Shown: one piece after another, positions 1 through 9,230 of the stretch
Layout of the letters: every line of letters starts with the position of its first letter
Position numbering within the stretch: the first letter of the stretch is position 1
NCBI GenBank assembly: GCA_964446685.1
Contig: CAYUPO010000003.1
Coordinates: 39,183 to 103,182, forward strand
Direction of reading: 5' to 3'
Length of the DNA stretch: 64,000 bases
Source: an uncultured Gammaproteobacteria bacterium
GTDB taxonomy: Bacteria; Patescibacteriota; Microgenomatia; Daviesbacterales; UBA10151
The notes under the pieces: model-generated
Databases searched by the model: none
Seen by the model: only the letters and a program-made list of their open reading frames with translations
Told to the model about the DNA's origin: nothing
Position numbers and translations under genes: made by a program

Positions 1-11
1 TAAATGTATAT

Positions 12-290
12 TTGAATGTACATATGCAATACATGTCTACAACTGAATTACGCAATAAAATGGCTGTTATGGTTGCAGCTTTGAAACAAGGGCAACGAGT
101 CAAGATTATTCATAGATCTGAGATTCTGGGGACTATCCTTCCTGAATCTTCTGAACCTAAAAAATTTGATGCTGAAAAAGCTGAAAAAGCGTTAGCTAAA
201 ATGGAACCACGAAAGCTCATTTCTATTAAAGATTACGATAAAATTTATCGAGATAATTTAGAGGAAAAATATGGCAAACGTGTTCCTTGA
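12..290 (+). CDS. Small basic/acidic protein, putative antitoxin of a type II TA pair
   Basis: 92-aa ORF whose 3' end overlaps the downstream PIN-domain ORF by 20 nt. Size and arrangement are typical of VapB/Phd-like antitoxins. No specific motif recognised. Confidence 0.4.
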   Translation: MNVHMQYMSTTELRNKMAVMVAALKQGQRVKIIHRSEILGTILPESSEPKKFDAEKAEKALAKMEPRKLISIKDYDKIYRDNLEEKYGKRVP

Positions 291-636
291 TGCTAACGCA
301 TTGATTACCATCATCGAACAGCGTCCTGGACTTCTCCTGAAAAATCTTGACGGTTACACGCTTTTATATTCCCCATTATCCATACATATCTGGGCTTATT
401 TGTATAAATCTAAAATGCCACAAGAAGCTTTGATTAATTTTTTAAATGGTTTAACTTCCGTCAATCTGGATGAATCAATTACTAATTTAGCTTTATTAGG
501 CCCGACTAAAGACTTTGAGGACAATGTGCAACTTCATAGTGCAAAGAAATCCGACTGTGAGTTTTTTTTAACTTTTGATAAAGATCTGCTTAAAATGAAG
601 AAATTTGCTTCTGTAAAAATTGTTAACAATCTTTGA
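271..636 (+). CDS. PIN-domain ribonuclease toxin (VapC-like)
   Basis: N-terminus 'VFLDANALITIIE' matches the PIN-domain start with the conserved Asp. 121 aa. Overlaps the upstream small ORF. Confidence 0.55.
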   Translation: MANVFLDANALITIIEQRPGLLLKNLDGYTLLYSPLSIHIWAYLYKSKMPQEALINFLNGLTSVNLDESITNLALLGPTKDFEDNVQLHSAKKSDCEFFLTFDKDLLKMKKFASVKIVNNL

Positions 637-680
637 GGGGCTCTTGAGTAACCAAATTCAATTCATCAAATCGAGGCAGC

Positions 681-1739
681 TTACCTGTAAATAAGATCTT
701 TGGTGGAAGTAAGGAATGGAGTCAGGTTTACTCTTCTTTTGTGGTTGTCGACTGAGTCGACTAAGAAACTGTATTCACCATCAACTTCATATCCTTCTTC
801 TCCAGACAACTTGGCTGAAGGAACAATGCCTTCAATAGATTCTTTTAGCAGTACATTCACTCCATTTTGAGTAATTTTTGTTATCTTTCCTTTGATCACA
901 TCTGCAGCCTGAATATCTTTGATTTTGTCAGCGAATGGGTCTTTTGCCAGCTGTTTGATAGATAAATTGGCTCTGCCTGCTCCTTCATCAGCTGATAAGA
1001 CTTTAGCTTCTACTTCATCTCCAACTTTGAAAAGTGTATTTGGATCTTCGACTTTATCCCATGATAACTCAGAGATATGAACCAGTCCCTCTACCCCATT
1101 TTCCAGACTGACAAAAACACCAAATGATAAGATAGCGGCAACTTTGCCCTTAACAGTGGCTCCGGATTTCAGTGAACCAAGTGTAGCTTTTGATTCTTCT
1201 GACATGGTTGTTTTTTGAGTAAAAATCAATCTGTTTTGGTTTGGTTCAACCTCAAGGGTGACGAGTTCCAGATCTTTACCGATCATCTCATCGATATTGG
1301 CAGCCTGGGAAAGACTAACCTGTGATGTTGGAAGAAAACCTCTGACACCGTCAACTTCTACCACTAACCCACCTTTATTTGCTTCAATACCTTTACCTTT
1401 AAAAACCTGTTTGGAATTAATAGCCCGGATAAATTTCTGGAATTTTTCACTACCTGGTTTAGCAGAAACTGACTTTTGTAGACCTAATACTACCTGGCCT
1501 GATGGACTTTCTGAATGAATAACTGTGGCAGTAATTTTACTACCTACTTTGAGGTTTTTGAGCTGATCGGGAGAGAGATCTTTTTTCTGAAAGACACCTT
1601 CAGCTTTAGTTCCAAGATCAACGATTATTTCGCCGCCAATAAAAGTAATGACAGTACCTTCGACTTCATCACCTCTTTGAACTGATTTGATTTGTTTGTT
1701 TTGGTTGGCCATTAGATCGGCCATTGACATATTTCCCAC
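681..1739 (-). CDS. rpsA: 30S ribosomal protein S1 (four S1 RNA-binding repeats)
   Basis: Repeated S1-domain blocks ('GxxVxGxVxxIxxxGxFVxL', 'GLVHISEL'). 352 aa fits a short S1 variant. Confidence 0.8.
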   Translation of the reverse strand: MGNMSMADLMANQNKQIKSVQRGDEVEGTVITFIGGEIIVDLGTKAEGVFQKKDLSPDQLKNLKVGSKITATVIHSESPSGQVVLGLQKSVSAKPGSEKFQKFIRAINSKQVFKGKGIEANKGGLVVEVDGVRGFLPTSQVSLSQAANIDEMIGKDLELVTLEVEPNQNRLIFTQKTTMSEESKATLGSLKSGATVKGKVAAILSFGVFVSLENGVEGLVHISELSWDKVEDPNTLFKVGDEVEAKVLSADEGAGRANLSIKQLAKDPFADKIKDIQAADVIKGKITKITQNGVNVLLKESIEGIVPSAKLSGEEGYEVDGEYSFLVDSVDNHKRRVNLTPFLTSTKDLIYR

Positions 1740-1808
1740 GCATTTATTCCTCTTTCTTTATAAGATTCGATGATTATACTATAGCCGCAATCTTTTTACA
1801 AACATCTT

Positions 1809-2942
1809 TTATCTGTTAAAATTTTGGACCAAAATATTAAAGTCAAAAATGTCGATTTTGCCATTATTGTTGATATCTGCCTTAGGATTTCCGGCAATAA
1901 AATTGGAGACAAAGGCATTAAAATCAAACAAATCCACATCTCCATCACTGTCTAAATCACCTGAGTAATAGACATTAACCGGGCTGCAAACCTGTTTGAC
2001 AGTTTGACCGCTATAGGAAACTACTGAAGTAATAGTCTGATTGGCTCCCTTTTGGGTAAATGATCCACTGATGGTTTTTGCAGAAGAAGTGGCTGTAAAA
2101 CTGCCCAAATTTTCCCATTTATATGCAAGTGCACTCTCTGCAAATGTTCCAGGGTTCACGGCCATTGTATAAATAACTTGCTCACCCACTTTGGCTGTAG
2201 AATTGCTTGGTGTACAGGAGGTGATAGTTGGAGCAATAATACAGATCTGGGTATTGCAGGCTCTGGTAGCGACTCCTCCATCCAGATTGGTACAGTCAGA
2301 TCCCCCATTTAAAGGCGCTGGATTGGTACAAGTTCTATTCTGAGTCCCTCCCCCGCATGTTTGAGAGCAGACACTCCAAGCGGACCAACCACCATTAACC
2401 GGAGTTAAAATTGAAATCGCACTACCAGTCAGAGACTTAACACCATTATCACTATCTCCTCCAACTACAGCGACTTTGGTTTCAGTCTGATCAAAGGAAA
2501 TACTTACCGGGGATACCGAAGCCTGCAACGCTTTAAAAGTGACAGTTGCTATAGTACCCGGGACAGTTGGAGATTGATTTGGGACTGTGCCAGTAGTAAA
2601 TGTTAAGCTACCTGGAGTAATCTTCGGCGCTGATAACTGAGTGGGTAAATAAGCAGATAGAGTAGCACTTTTCGCTTCTAAATACTGACTGTTATAGTTT
2701 AGTTTTATACTAACTGCTGAAATAGGTAAGCCATTTGGCACAGCATCCAGTGTTACAACAAATTCCTGGCCTGGATTTACCATTTTTGAAGCTGGAGTGA
2801 TTTTTAAATCAGCGGCCTGAGTCAATTCTAAGGCTTTGGGAGAAAAAATTTGAGTTCGCTGAACTAAATAAACTCCTGTTACGACACCGACTAGAGTCAG
2901 AATTGTTATTAATCCGATAAAAAAAGCTTTTCCGTTCAGCAT
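1809..2942 (-). CDS. Membrane-anchored surface protein: cohesin-like beta-sandwich + thrombospondin type-1 repeat + C-terminal dockerin repeats
   Basis: N-terminal TM helix followed by '[13 protein letters not shown]'. Contains '[23 protein letters not shown]...C', a canonical TSP1 repeat. C-terminus '[20 protein letters not shown]...[20 protein letters not shown]' matches the duplicated Ca-binding dockerin segment. Confidence 0.6.
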   Translation of the reverse strand: MLNGKAFFIGLITILTLVGVVTGVYLVQRTQIFSPKALELTQAADLKITPASKMVNPGQEFVVTLDAVPNGLPISAVSIKLNYNSQYLEAKSATLSAYLPTQLSAPKITPGSLTFTTGTVPNQSPTVPGTIATVTFKALQASVSPVSISFDQTETKVAVVGGDSDNGVKSLTGSAISILTPVNGGWSAWSVCSQTCGGGTQNRTCTNPAPLNGGSDCTNLDGGVATRACNTQICIIAPTITSCTPSNSTAKVGEQVIYTMAVNPGTFAESALAYKWENLGSFTATSSAKTISGSFTQKGANQTITSVVSYSGQTVKQVCSPVNVYYSGDLDSDGDVDLFDFNAFVSNFIAGNPKADINNNGKIDIFDFNILVQNFNR

Positions 2943-3117
2943 TCTGGGTTCTTACTAATCTTACATTATTTTGGTGATTTGGAATACAGCTAAATATAGC
3001 TGTTTAAAGTAGCAGAACTTCGCAGCTCACTTCCTAAAGAAAAAGCCCTCCTTTGGGGAGTGCTTGGATCAAGTCTGGCAGTGAGCATTAGAGTTCTGCA
3101 AAGAACTTGCAGCGAAC

Positions 3118-3152
3118 TGCACAAAAAAGGCTCTCTTTTAGGGAGAGCCTTA
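3118..3152 (-). terminator. Second tandem terminator hairpin
   Basis: AAGGCTCTC TTTTA GGGAGAGCCTT. On the minus strand it is followed by TTTTTTG. Confidence 0.5.
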
Positions 3153-3235
3153 ATAGGTCTGGCAGTGAGCATTAGAATTCGTAGCGCTATCTAAACAACG
3201 ATTTAGATAGTGGCGAAGAACTTCGCAGCTCACTT

Positions 3236-3271
3236 CCTAAAGAAAAAGCCCTCCTTTAGGGAGGGCTTTGA
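3236..3271 (-). terminator. Rho-independent terminator directly downstream of the 5S rRNA
   Basis: Perfect 10-bp GC-rich stem (AAAGCCCTCC/GGAGGGCTTT). On the minus strand it is followed by TTTTTCTTT. Confidence 0.6.
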
Positions 3272-3275
3272 TCAG

Positions 3276-3388
3276 GTCTGGCAGTGAGCTATCTTCACAC
3301 AACCTTGCGGATGCATTATTGTCACCGCTGTAGCGTTTGACTACTGAGTTCGGGATGGGATCAGGTCGGACCACTACGCACAAACCAC
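3276..3388 (-). rRNA. rrf: 5S ribosomal RNA
   Basis: The reverse complement reads 'TCTGGTGG...CCGAACTCAGTAGTCAAACGCTACAGCGGTGA...CTCACTGCCAGACC'. The conserved 5S loop-C segment 'CCGAACTCAG(A/T)AGTsAAAC' is present. Helix I pairing between the two ends is present with G·U wobbles. Confidence 0.75.
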
Positions 3389-3528
3389 CAGAAGTCAAGT
3401 ATAGCGTATATAGTAATTAGTATCAAGAGGGAGCTACAAAAGGTATTAAGGGGTAAGTATTAAGTATAAAGAGAAAGACATATAAGAAGGTGACTCCTCC
3501 TTAATACTTTATACTTAACCCTTAATAC

Positions 3529-4029
3529 TTAATTTGATATGCTTTTCTTGCAGTAGAGAATTGGTGCTGATGATGTTCCTAATGCACCGCATCCGGTGGT
3601 AGGAGCGGTATCCACATTGGCTTTACCTGTTGGATTTACGAGTCTTGCACATATTATATAAGAAGTTGCTAATGTATTGGCAGCATTACAGCCATAATAG
3701 GTGTACTGATAGCTGGAAACTTCTCCGGTATTGGGATCACTAGGCGGTATATTGTTTGAAAAATAACCATTAAGCACTGTTAAAGCACTAATATTGCTTG
3801 ATCCATTAATTGCAGCTAAGGCAGGATAGCCATTGTTTGTCGCGTAGTATTGCTCTAAAGCGTTTTGGATTTCGCCGATTTCATTAATTCTTCTGCCATC
3901 CCGGGCATTTTTTTGAGCCTGACCAAAAAGTGCGGTACCAATTACTGAGACAATCGCAATTATGGCTATGGCAACCATTAGTTCGATTAAAGTAAATCCG
4001 GATCTGTTTTGAAAATGGGCAGTCTTCAT
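3529..4029 (-). CDS. Type IV pilin / pseudopilin (prepilin-type N-terminal cleavage/methylation domain)
   Basis: N-terminus 'GFTLIELMVAIAIIAIVSVIG' is the class III signal (G|FTLIE). Cys pairs sit near the C-terminus. 166 aa. Confidence 0.7.
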   Translation of the reverse strand: MKTAHFQNRSGFTLIELMVAIAIIAIVSVIGTALFGQAQKNARDGRRINEIGEIQNALEQYYATNNGYPALAAINGSSNISALTVLNGYFSNNIPPSDPNTGEVSSYQYTYYGCNAANTLATSYIICARLVNPTGKANVDTAPTTGCGALGTSSAPILYCKKSISN

Positions 4030-4093
4030 CTGTAATTAGTATTTCAGTTTTGGCTGATAAAAGTCAACAACAGAGCAAAAAATGCTATTATGA

Positions 4094-5731
4094 ATGTGTA
4101 TGAATATCCTGTCTACCATACTTTTTCTGCTTTCCTCTGCTATTTCTTTCGGATTGATTTATTTTAATTTAAGCCATGTGATCGGGCAGCAGGTGATCTC
4201 GGTAATTTTGCTGGTCTCAGTGGTTTTTTTAGGTAAATTTAATCTGGGAAAACAAAAAGCGCCACTCTGGCAGACCGGAATTGCTATTTTACTCAGTTCT
4301 TTTCTGGTCCAGACACTGATCATTTCCAGTGGCGGGCTCTATAGTCCTCTGCTGATTGTGATTCATCTTTATACTTTAGGGGCTATTTTTCTGCTGAATA
4401 GCAAATCCCCGATATTTTTTCTGCTTTTTACTTTAGGTGTCTTATCTTCTCAACTAAAATACGATCCGATTTTAGTGTCAGCTTTTCAAAATGATCCATG
4501 GACAGCAGTAATTTATGGATTATCATTTCTGATCATTATTCCTCTGGCTCTTTATCTCTCTCACAACTACTTTATTAAAGATGCCTTTACCAAAATATTA
4601 AAAAACTACATCCAGCTGCAGGAGCAAAAAGAGAGTTCGATTTTGACTTCTTTAAATGATCTGGTGGTGGTAACAGACCCTACTCTGGGAATATTGTCAG
4701 TTAATAATGCTGTGGAAAAGTTTCTGCAAATGGATAAACAACAGGTATTGGGTAAAAGATTTTTAGATATATTTTCCTTTAAAGATATGTCCGGTGTAGC
4801 TGGGAACACATCATCTTTATCAATTGACGCTGTAATGCAGGATAAATCCTCCCGCTATGTTGAAGGATATATGCTCGATACTGTAGCCAATATCAAACCA
4901 AAGCCGGTTTTACTCCAGATCCGCCCCCTGACAGATGCCAAAGGAGTAATTACTCAAATTGTCTTTGTGATGAGTGAGCCAAGCGCCAAAAAACAGCAGC
5001 AGGGCCACCAAAATACGCTTGAAGCAATTAAGCGAAAGAATAATCTGCTTGAAACATTTGCTCATCTAAGCCCAAATACTCCATATGAAAGTGTTAAAGC
5101 CAAAATCGGACTTATTACTCATATTGAAGAAGATATCTCTCTAGCGCAGGAGCTGGAAGACCATCAAATTAGTGAAAAACCCGCCTTGGTAGATCTGGTA
5201 GTGCTAGCAGATCAACAACTGCATCAGTCGCAAAGTCTGGCCGATTTTCTGGCGGTCAAAACCGTTTTTAATTATTATGATCCGGAAGGATCGGAAAAAG
5301 CTTCACTTGATCTGCAAAAATCCAATCTTTCTGATGCCATGACATCCCCTTCCCTTTATAGTCTGCCTCTGGAAAGAAAGTTTGTCAGCATTCTGATACT
5401 TAAAATGACTGAAATAGGCATACTGATTGCTTCAGGAACTGCAAACAGAGCTGTCACACTCGATGCATCCTGGGATAATGATCGAAAAGTATATTTAAAA
5501 GTTTTGCTTCCAAACCCAGGTCTCAAACAGGAAGAGTTGTCAGATTTGTTGGTCCTAAATAATCCTCTATTATCCTCCAAAACTCATCTTATTTTTGGGA
5601 GTGGCCTTGAAGGCTTCATCTTAAAAAAGCTCTGCACCTATCTAAACATTCCGCTTAACCTGCAGATAGCAGAAAATAACACCAAAATAGCCATAGAAAT
5701 CACCCTGGATAAATCTGCCAGAACTATTTAA
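4094..5731 (+). CDS. Multi-pass membrane sensor: 5-6 TM + PAS-like + degenerate H-box + GHKL ATPase-like (histidine-kinase-like), paralogue of 13960..15597
   Basis: Hydrophobic N-terminal ~170 aa. PAS-like block 'LNDLVVVTDPTLGILSVNNAVEKFLQ'. 'FAHLSPNTPYESV' resembles the HisKA H-box. C-terminal 'GSGLEGFI' resembles the G2 box. Same length (545 aa) and architecture as the second copy. Confidence 0.45.
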   Translation: MCMNILSTILFLLSSAISFGLIYFNLSHVIGQQVISVILLVSVVFLGKFNLGKQKAPLWQTGIAILLSSFLVQTLIISSGGLYSPLLIVIHLYTLGAIFLLNSKSPIFFLLFTLGVLSSQLKYDPILVSAFQNDPWTAVIYGLSFLIIIPLALYLSHNYFIKDAFTKILKNYIQLQEQKESSILTSLNDLVVVTDPTLGILSVNNAVEKFLQMDKQQVLGKRFLDIFSFKDMSGVAGNTSSLSIDAVMQDKSSRYVEGYMLDTVANIKPKPVLLQIRPLTDAKGVITQIVFVMSEPSAKKQQQGHQNTLEAIKRKNNLLETFAHLSPNTPYESVKAKIGLITHIEEDISLAQELEDHQISEKPALVDLVVLADQQLHQSQSLADFLAVKTVFNYYDPEGSEKASLDLQKSNLSDAMTSPSLYSLPLERKFVSILILKMTEIGILIASGTANRAVTLDASWDNDRKVYLKVLLPNPGLKQEELSDLLVLNNPLLSSKTHLIFGSGLEGFILKKLCTYLNIPLNLQIAENNTKIAIEITLDKSARTI

Positions 5732-5834
5732 ATCAATCCTATTACTGAAGATTTAGAAAGTTACGTAGTAATTTTAAGTATTTTGTCCACATCTGAGATA
5801 GGCTAGGGAAACAATTAGAAAATTTGCAGATCGT

Positions 5835-7160
5835 CTATTTACCAAAATTTGTTATTAATAAATTAAAATCAAAAATATCCACTTTGCCATTGTTATCAAT
5901 ATCACCCACCAGATTTGCTCCTGTTTTATTAAAATTTGTTACCAACAAGTTAAAGTCGAAGATATTTACTACCCCATTACCATCTATATCTCCCGGCTTA
6001 ATCAGAATAATGGAGGACGAAGGACTAGGTTGCGCTTGATTTATTACTTCTTCGCGCCAATTAGTAATATATAGATCTGCTATTGGACCTCCTGAACTTG
6101 TTACGCTGCGGGCTTCAGTTCCTACTCCAATGGCGGTTGTTTTAGCACCTTCCCAGCTGCCTGACACTGGAGGAATGAGTATTTTACGTCCGGTCAAACC
6201 CACTCCGTTTTTATTCTTCTCATCCTTCTCTACCAGATACTTTATAAGACCGGCAAAATCAACCTCTACATTTACCTCTTTGTTCAGAGGAAAATTGCCA
6301 TTGAATAATTGTCCATCAATTTTAATAAACTGGGCAATCTGAGAAGACTTGGCATCAAGAATTGCGTCATCAGTCAAGTAAACATCCCTATTTTTAAAAA
6401 TTTGTATCAAATCAGGGTCGTGAGGATAATCATCTCCCCATCCTGTTAAAGTAAGATTAATTTCGATTTCGTGAGCTGTTTCGTTAATTGTGGTCCCATT
6501 AATAACAGGTCTTTCACCTTCATCCCAGGTTCCCTGCCAGTAAATCAACAGTCGATTAGCGCCACTGGAGACAACCTCGTTAAAATTTATCTTTGTACTG
6601 AATTTTAACTTATCAGGCCGAGCTCTATTTATTCTTTCTCCTCCTCCATTGGCATGGTCCATTAAAACGAAGAAGTTGTAATTATCCACCCCGCATTGAA
6701 GGGGGTAGGTAAAATTATTTAAGTCTGTTTTAAGGTGCACTGTTTTATTTGGCCGATCCAGCTCATCATTGTGATCTAACCAGCCAATTGTGTTAGGCGT
6801 TGACGCATCTAAGGGGTCTTCCTCTCGCCTGAGTTTAAATGATTGAACATCAGGTCCTGGGCAACTTTTAAACCCTCCGTTTAATTGTGCTGATTCATTT
6901 TGTATTGCCACCAACCAATGGTGTTCGTCATTACATTGATTTAGTGGATCGACAAAGTAATTCAGAGTTCCCGGTGTTAAGCTTTTAATGCATCTTTTTG
7001 TCAGATTATAATCCCAACCTTGAGGTTGATAGTTAGGTTGATTCTCCTGGGCTTTTGGTGAAAGATTAGTTTTTTGCTGAACTAAATAAGCTCCAAACCC
7101 AATACCAACTACTAAAACAAGAACTGTTAAGATAGGCGCAAAACCTTTTTGACTTACCAC
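5835..7160 (-). CDS. Membrane-anchored secreted protein with C-terminal dockerin repeats
   Basis: N-terminal TM + 'YLVQQKTNLSPKAQE' family motif. C-terminus 'DIDGNGVVNIFDFNLLVTNF...DIDNNGKVDIFDFNLLITNF'. Confidence 0.6.
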   Translation of the reverse strand: MVSQKGFAPILTVLVLVVGIGFGAYLVQQKTNLSPKAQENQPNYQPQGWDYNLTKRCIKSLTPGTLNYFVDPLNQCNDEHHWLVAIQNESAQLNGGFKSCPGPDVQSFKLRREEDPLDASTPNTIGWLDHNDELDRPNKTVHLKTDLNNFTYPLQCGVDNYNFFVLMDHANGGGERINRARPDKLKFSTKINFNEVVSSGANRLLIYWQGTWDEGERPVINGTTINETAHEIEINLTLTGWGDDYPHDPDLIQIFKNRDVYLTDDAILDAKSSQIAQFIKIDGQLFNGNFPLNKEVNVEVDFAGLIKYLVEKDEKNKNGVGLTGRKILIPPVSGSWEGAKTTAIGVGTEARSVTSSGGPIADLYITNWREEVINQAQPSPSSSIILIKPGDIDGNGVVNIFDFNLLVTNFNKTGANLVGDIDNNGKVDIFDFNLLITNFGK

Positions 7161-7207
7161 CTATTTATAGTGACATAATCTGATCAAGAGAACAATTATT
7201 TAGGCAT

Positions 7208-7231
7208 TAAAAAAGCCCCTTGCGGAGCTTT
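7208..7231 (-). terminator. Hairpin + T-tract immediately 3' of the 23S rRNA
   Basis: The minus strand reads AAAGCTCCGCAAGGGGCTTTTTTAATG. A GNRA-looped stem is followed by T6, ~95 nt after the inferred 23S 3' end. Confidence 0.45.
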
Positions 7232-7639
7232 AATAATTTTTTGGAGCTAAAATTTGTGCTCAAAAATGTGAATACGACTTAGAAGGCTTCTTATACCTGA
7301 CTTTCGTCAAGCGAAACCAAAAAATCTCAACTATGACCATTAGTAGAAGTAAGCTAAACACGTTGCCATGCTTACACTGCTTCCCTATCAACCAGGTAGT
7401 CTACCTGGGGTCTTAGAGATTCCTCATCTTGGGGTCTGTTTCGTGCTTAGATGCTTTCAGCACTTATCAGGAAATAACGTAGCTACCCTGCGCTGCCAGT
7501 TTACTGACAACAGGCACACTAGCGGTTACCTCATCTCGGTCCTCTCGTACTAGAGACAACTCCCCTCAAGAATCCAAACGCCCATACTGGATAGAGTCCG
7601 AACTGGCTTACGCCGTTCTGAACCCAGCTCGCGTACCGT

Positions 7640-7672
<33 letters not shown>

Positions 7673-7705
7673 ACTTCAGCCCCAGGATACGATGAGCCGA
7701 CATCG

Positions 7706-8241
7706 CTCAATTCACAATATTACTATTATGGTTAGACTATACCTTCATCCCTCCTGATGAAATCAGATCAGATCGGATGAGATCGGATGAGATCGGAAAC
7801 TAGGTTTCTGATCTATCTGATCTATCTGGTCTATCAGATCTATCTGGATGGAGCCAATCGTGTTATAAAAGTTTGTTATCCGGGTAACCCGGCCACTTTT
7901 ATCCTAACGTACAAAAGTACGTTAAAGTCGTTACAGTGGGATGTACCTATTGGTACTTCCCTACCTCGGTATTGACCTGTCATTACTGATAGGTGTTCAC
8001 CGATTTTGATTGGTTCATCTACTTTCGTAGACTTTATTTCAAGAAGACACTAAATTAAATTCAAAATATCAAATCCAAAATTTCAAACAAATCTAAAATA
8101 TCAAACTCTAAAATTTAAAACGTTTTTAATGTTTTTATTTTTGAATTTAACCATTGTTTGTTATTTGGTGCTTTGGATTTTGAATTTTTCCAGATATTAC
8201 AGTACTACAGGATTACTCCTGCCGCACCCCAATGTTATTAA
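7706..8241 (-). mobile_element. Group I-like intron in 23S at E. coli-equivalent position 2500 (peptidyl-transferase loop), ORF-less
   Basis: It interrupts 'GGCACCU|CGAUGUCGGCUC'. The 5' exon ends in U, and the intron's internal 'GGGGTG' can pair with exon 'CACCU', giving the P1 U·G. The intron ends in G. An S-like element 'GAAGGTATAGTCT' lies near its 3' end. It contains AT-rich simple repeats and GATCGGATGA/TCTGATCTATC repeats. No homing endonuclease ORF is present. Confidence 0.6.
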
Positions 8242-8278
8242 AGGTGCCGAACCTTACCGTCCTTGTGGACTGTTGGGT

Positions 8279-8315
<37 letters not shown>

Positions 8316-8780
8316 ATAAGCCTTATCGATCCCATGATCAAATAAAGGATCACTTAAGCCTGCTTTCGCACCTGCTCGACCTGTTTGTCTCGCAGTCAAG
8401 CCCACTGTATACTTATGCGCTTGTAACCTCAATTTCTTTTTGAGGTAAGTGGACCTTTGCACTCCTCCGTTACGATTTTGGAGGAAACCGCCCCAGTTAA
8501 ACTGTCCGCCAGACCTTGTCTCACTCCCTGTTTTTATAAGGGTAAGTGGTTAGTCCTGTTAAATTAAAAGAGAGGTATTTCACGGTTGCCGAGGCTCCCT
8601 CCTATTCTACACAATTAATTCAACAAAACAGGGCCAAGCTCCAGTAAAGCTCCACGGGGTCTTCTTGTCCAAGTATGGGTAGGCCGCATCTTCACAGCCA
8701 TTGCAATTTCACCGGATCTATCCTCAAGACAGTCACTAAGTCGTTCTGCCTTTCGTGCGGGTCTGAACTCACCAGACAAG

Positions 8781-9230
8781 GAATTTCGCTCATTCCTATA
8801 TACACTTTGTATAAAATTTTGATGTTAACTTAAAACTTGCGTTTTAATGTGGATGAGTGACTTCCACTCTCTTAATCGCTTAAGAGTTCGGACTATATCT
8901 TGTACAAGTTTTAGCTTTTTTCTTGTACTCTAACATGTAGTCTCTGAGGGTTCGTGACAGATAGATCAGAGTTTCAGCGTAATCAGTGGATCAGATTATG
9001 GATAAATCGGATAGATCAGAACTTGCGTTCTGACTTCTCTGACTTCTCTGTCATCTGATTTCAGCTGATTTGCTGATCTTTCTGACGTCTCTGAAACGTC
9101 TTCCCTGCTGATTGACTCCGTCAATGAATTGTTACTGCTTTTTATAGCGAGTACCATTGCATACTGAGTTATTCCAGCAAATAGTTAGATTACAAAAACA
9201 CTGTATTGTCGCTTCTAAGGCGGCTAATTC
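8781..9230 (-). mobile_element. Group I intron in 23S at E. coli-equivalent position 1931 (helix 69-71 region), ORF-less
   Basis: It interrupts '...CTATGGT|AGCGAAATTCC'. The intron ends in G. It contains 'CAGAGACTACATG' (R element) and 'CAAGATATAGTCCGAAC' (S element), which nearly match the Tetrahymena consensus, with a P8-like hairpin between them. Confidence 0.75.

Larger units (their letters stand above)
3005..3275 (-). repeat. Tandem partial duplications of the 5S rRNA 3' end, each followed by a GC-hairpin/T-tract terminator
   Basis: 'GGTCTGGCAGTGAGC' (the 5S 3' end) occurs three times, at ~3072, ~3156 and 3276 (the real 5S end). 'GAACTTCGCAGCTCACTTCCTAAAGAAAAAGCCCTCCTTTRGGGAG' occurs at 3011 and 3211. 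The perfect hairpins AAAGCCCTCCTTTAGGGAGGGCTTT (3246-3270) and AAGGCTCTCTTTTAGGGAGAGCCTT (3127-3152) are each followed by T-runs when read on the minus strand. Confidence 0.7.

Noticed and set aside
2990-3172. ORF 2990..3172 (-)
   Set aside because: It falls entirely within the duplicated 5S-tail/terminator hairpins. The hairpin palindromes generate an open frame by chance.
3441-3540. Long imperfect inverted repeat (ATTAAGGGGTAAGTATTAAGTATAAAG / CTTTATACTTAACCCTTAATACTTAAT) between 5S and the pilin gene as a mobile element
   Set aside because: The arms are permuted and AT-rich. It is more likely a terminator or promoter hairpin region for the convergent and divergent transcripts. Only a single copy is seen.
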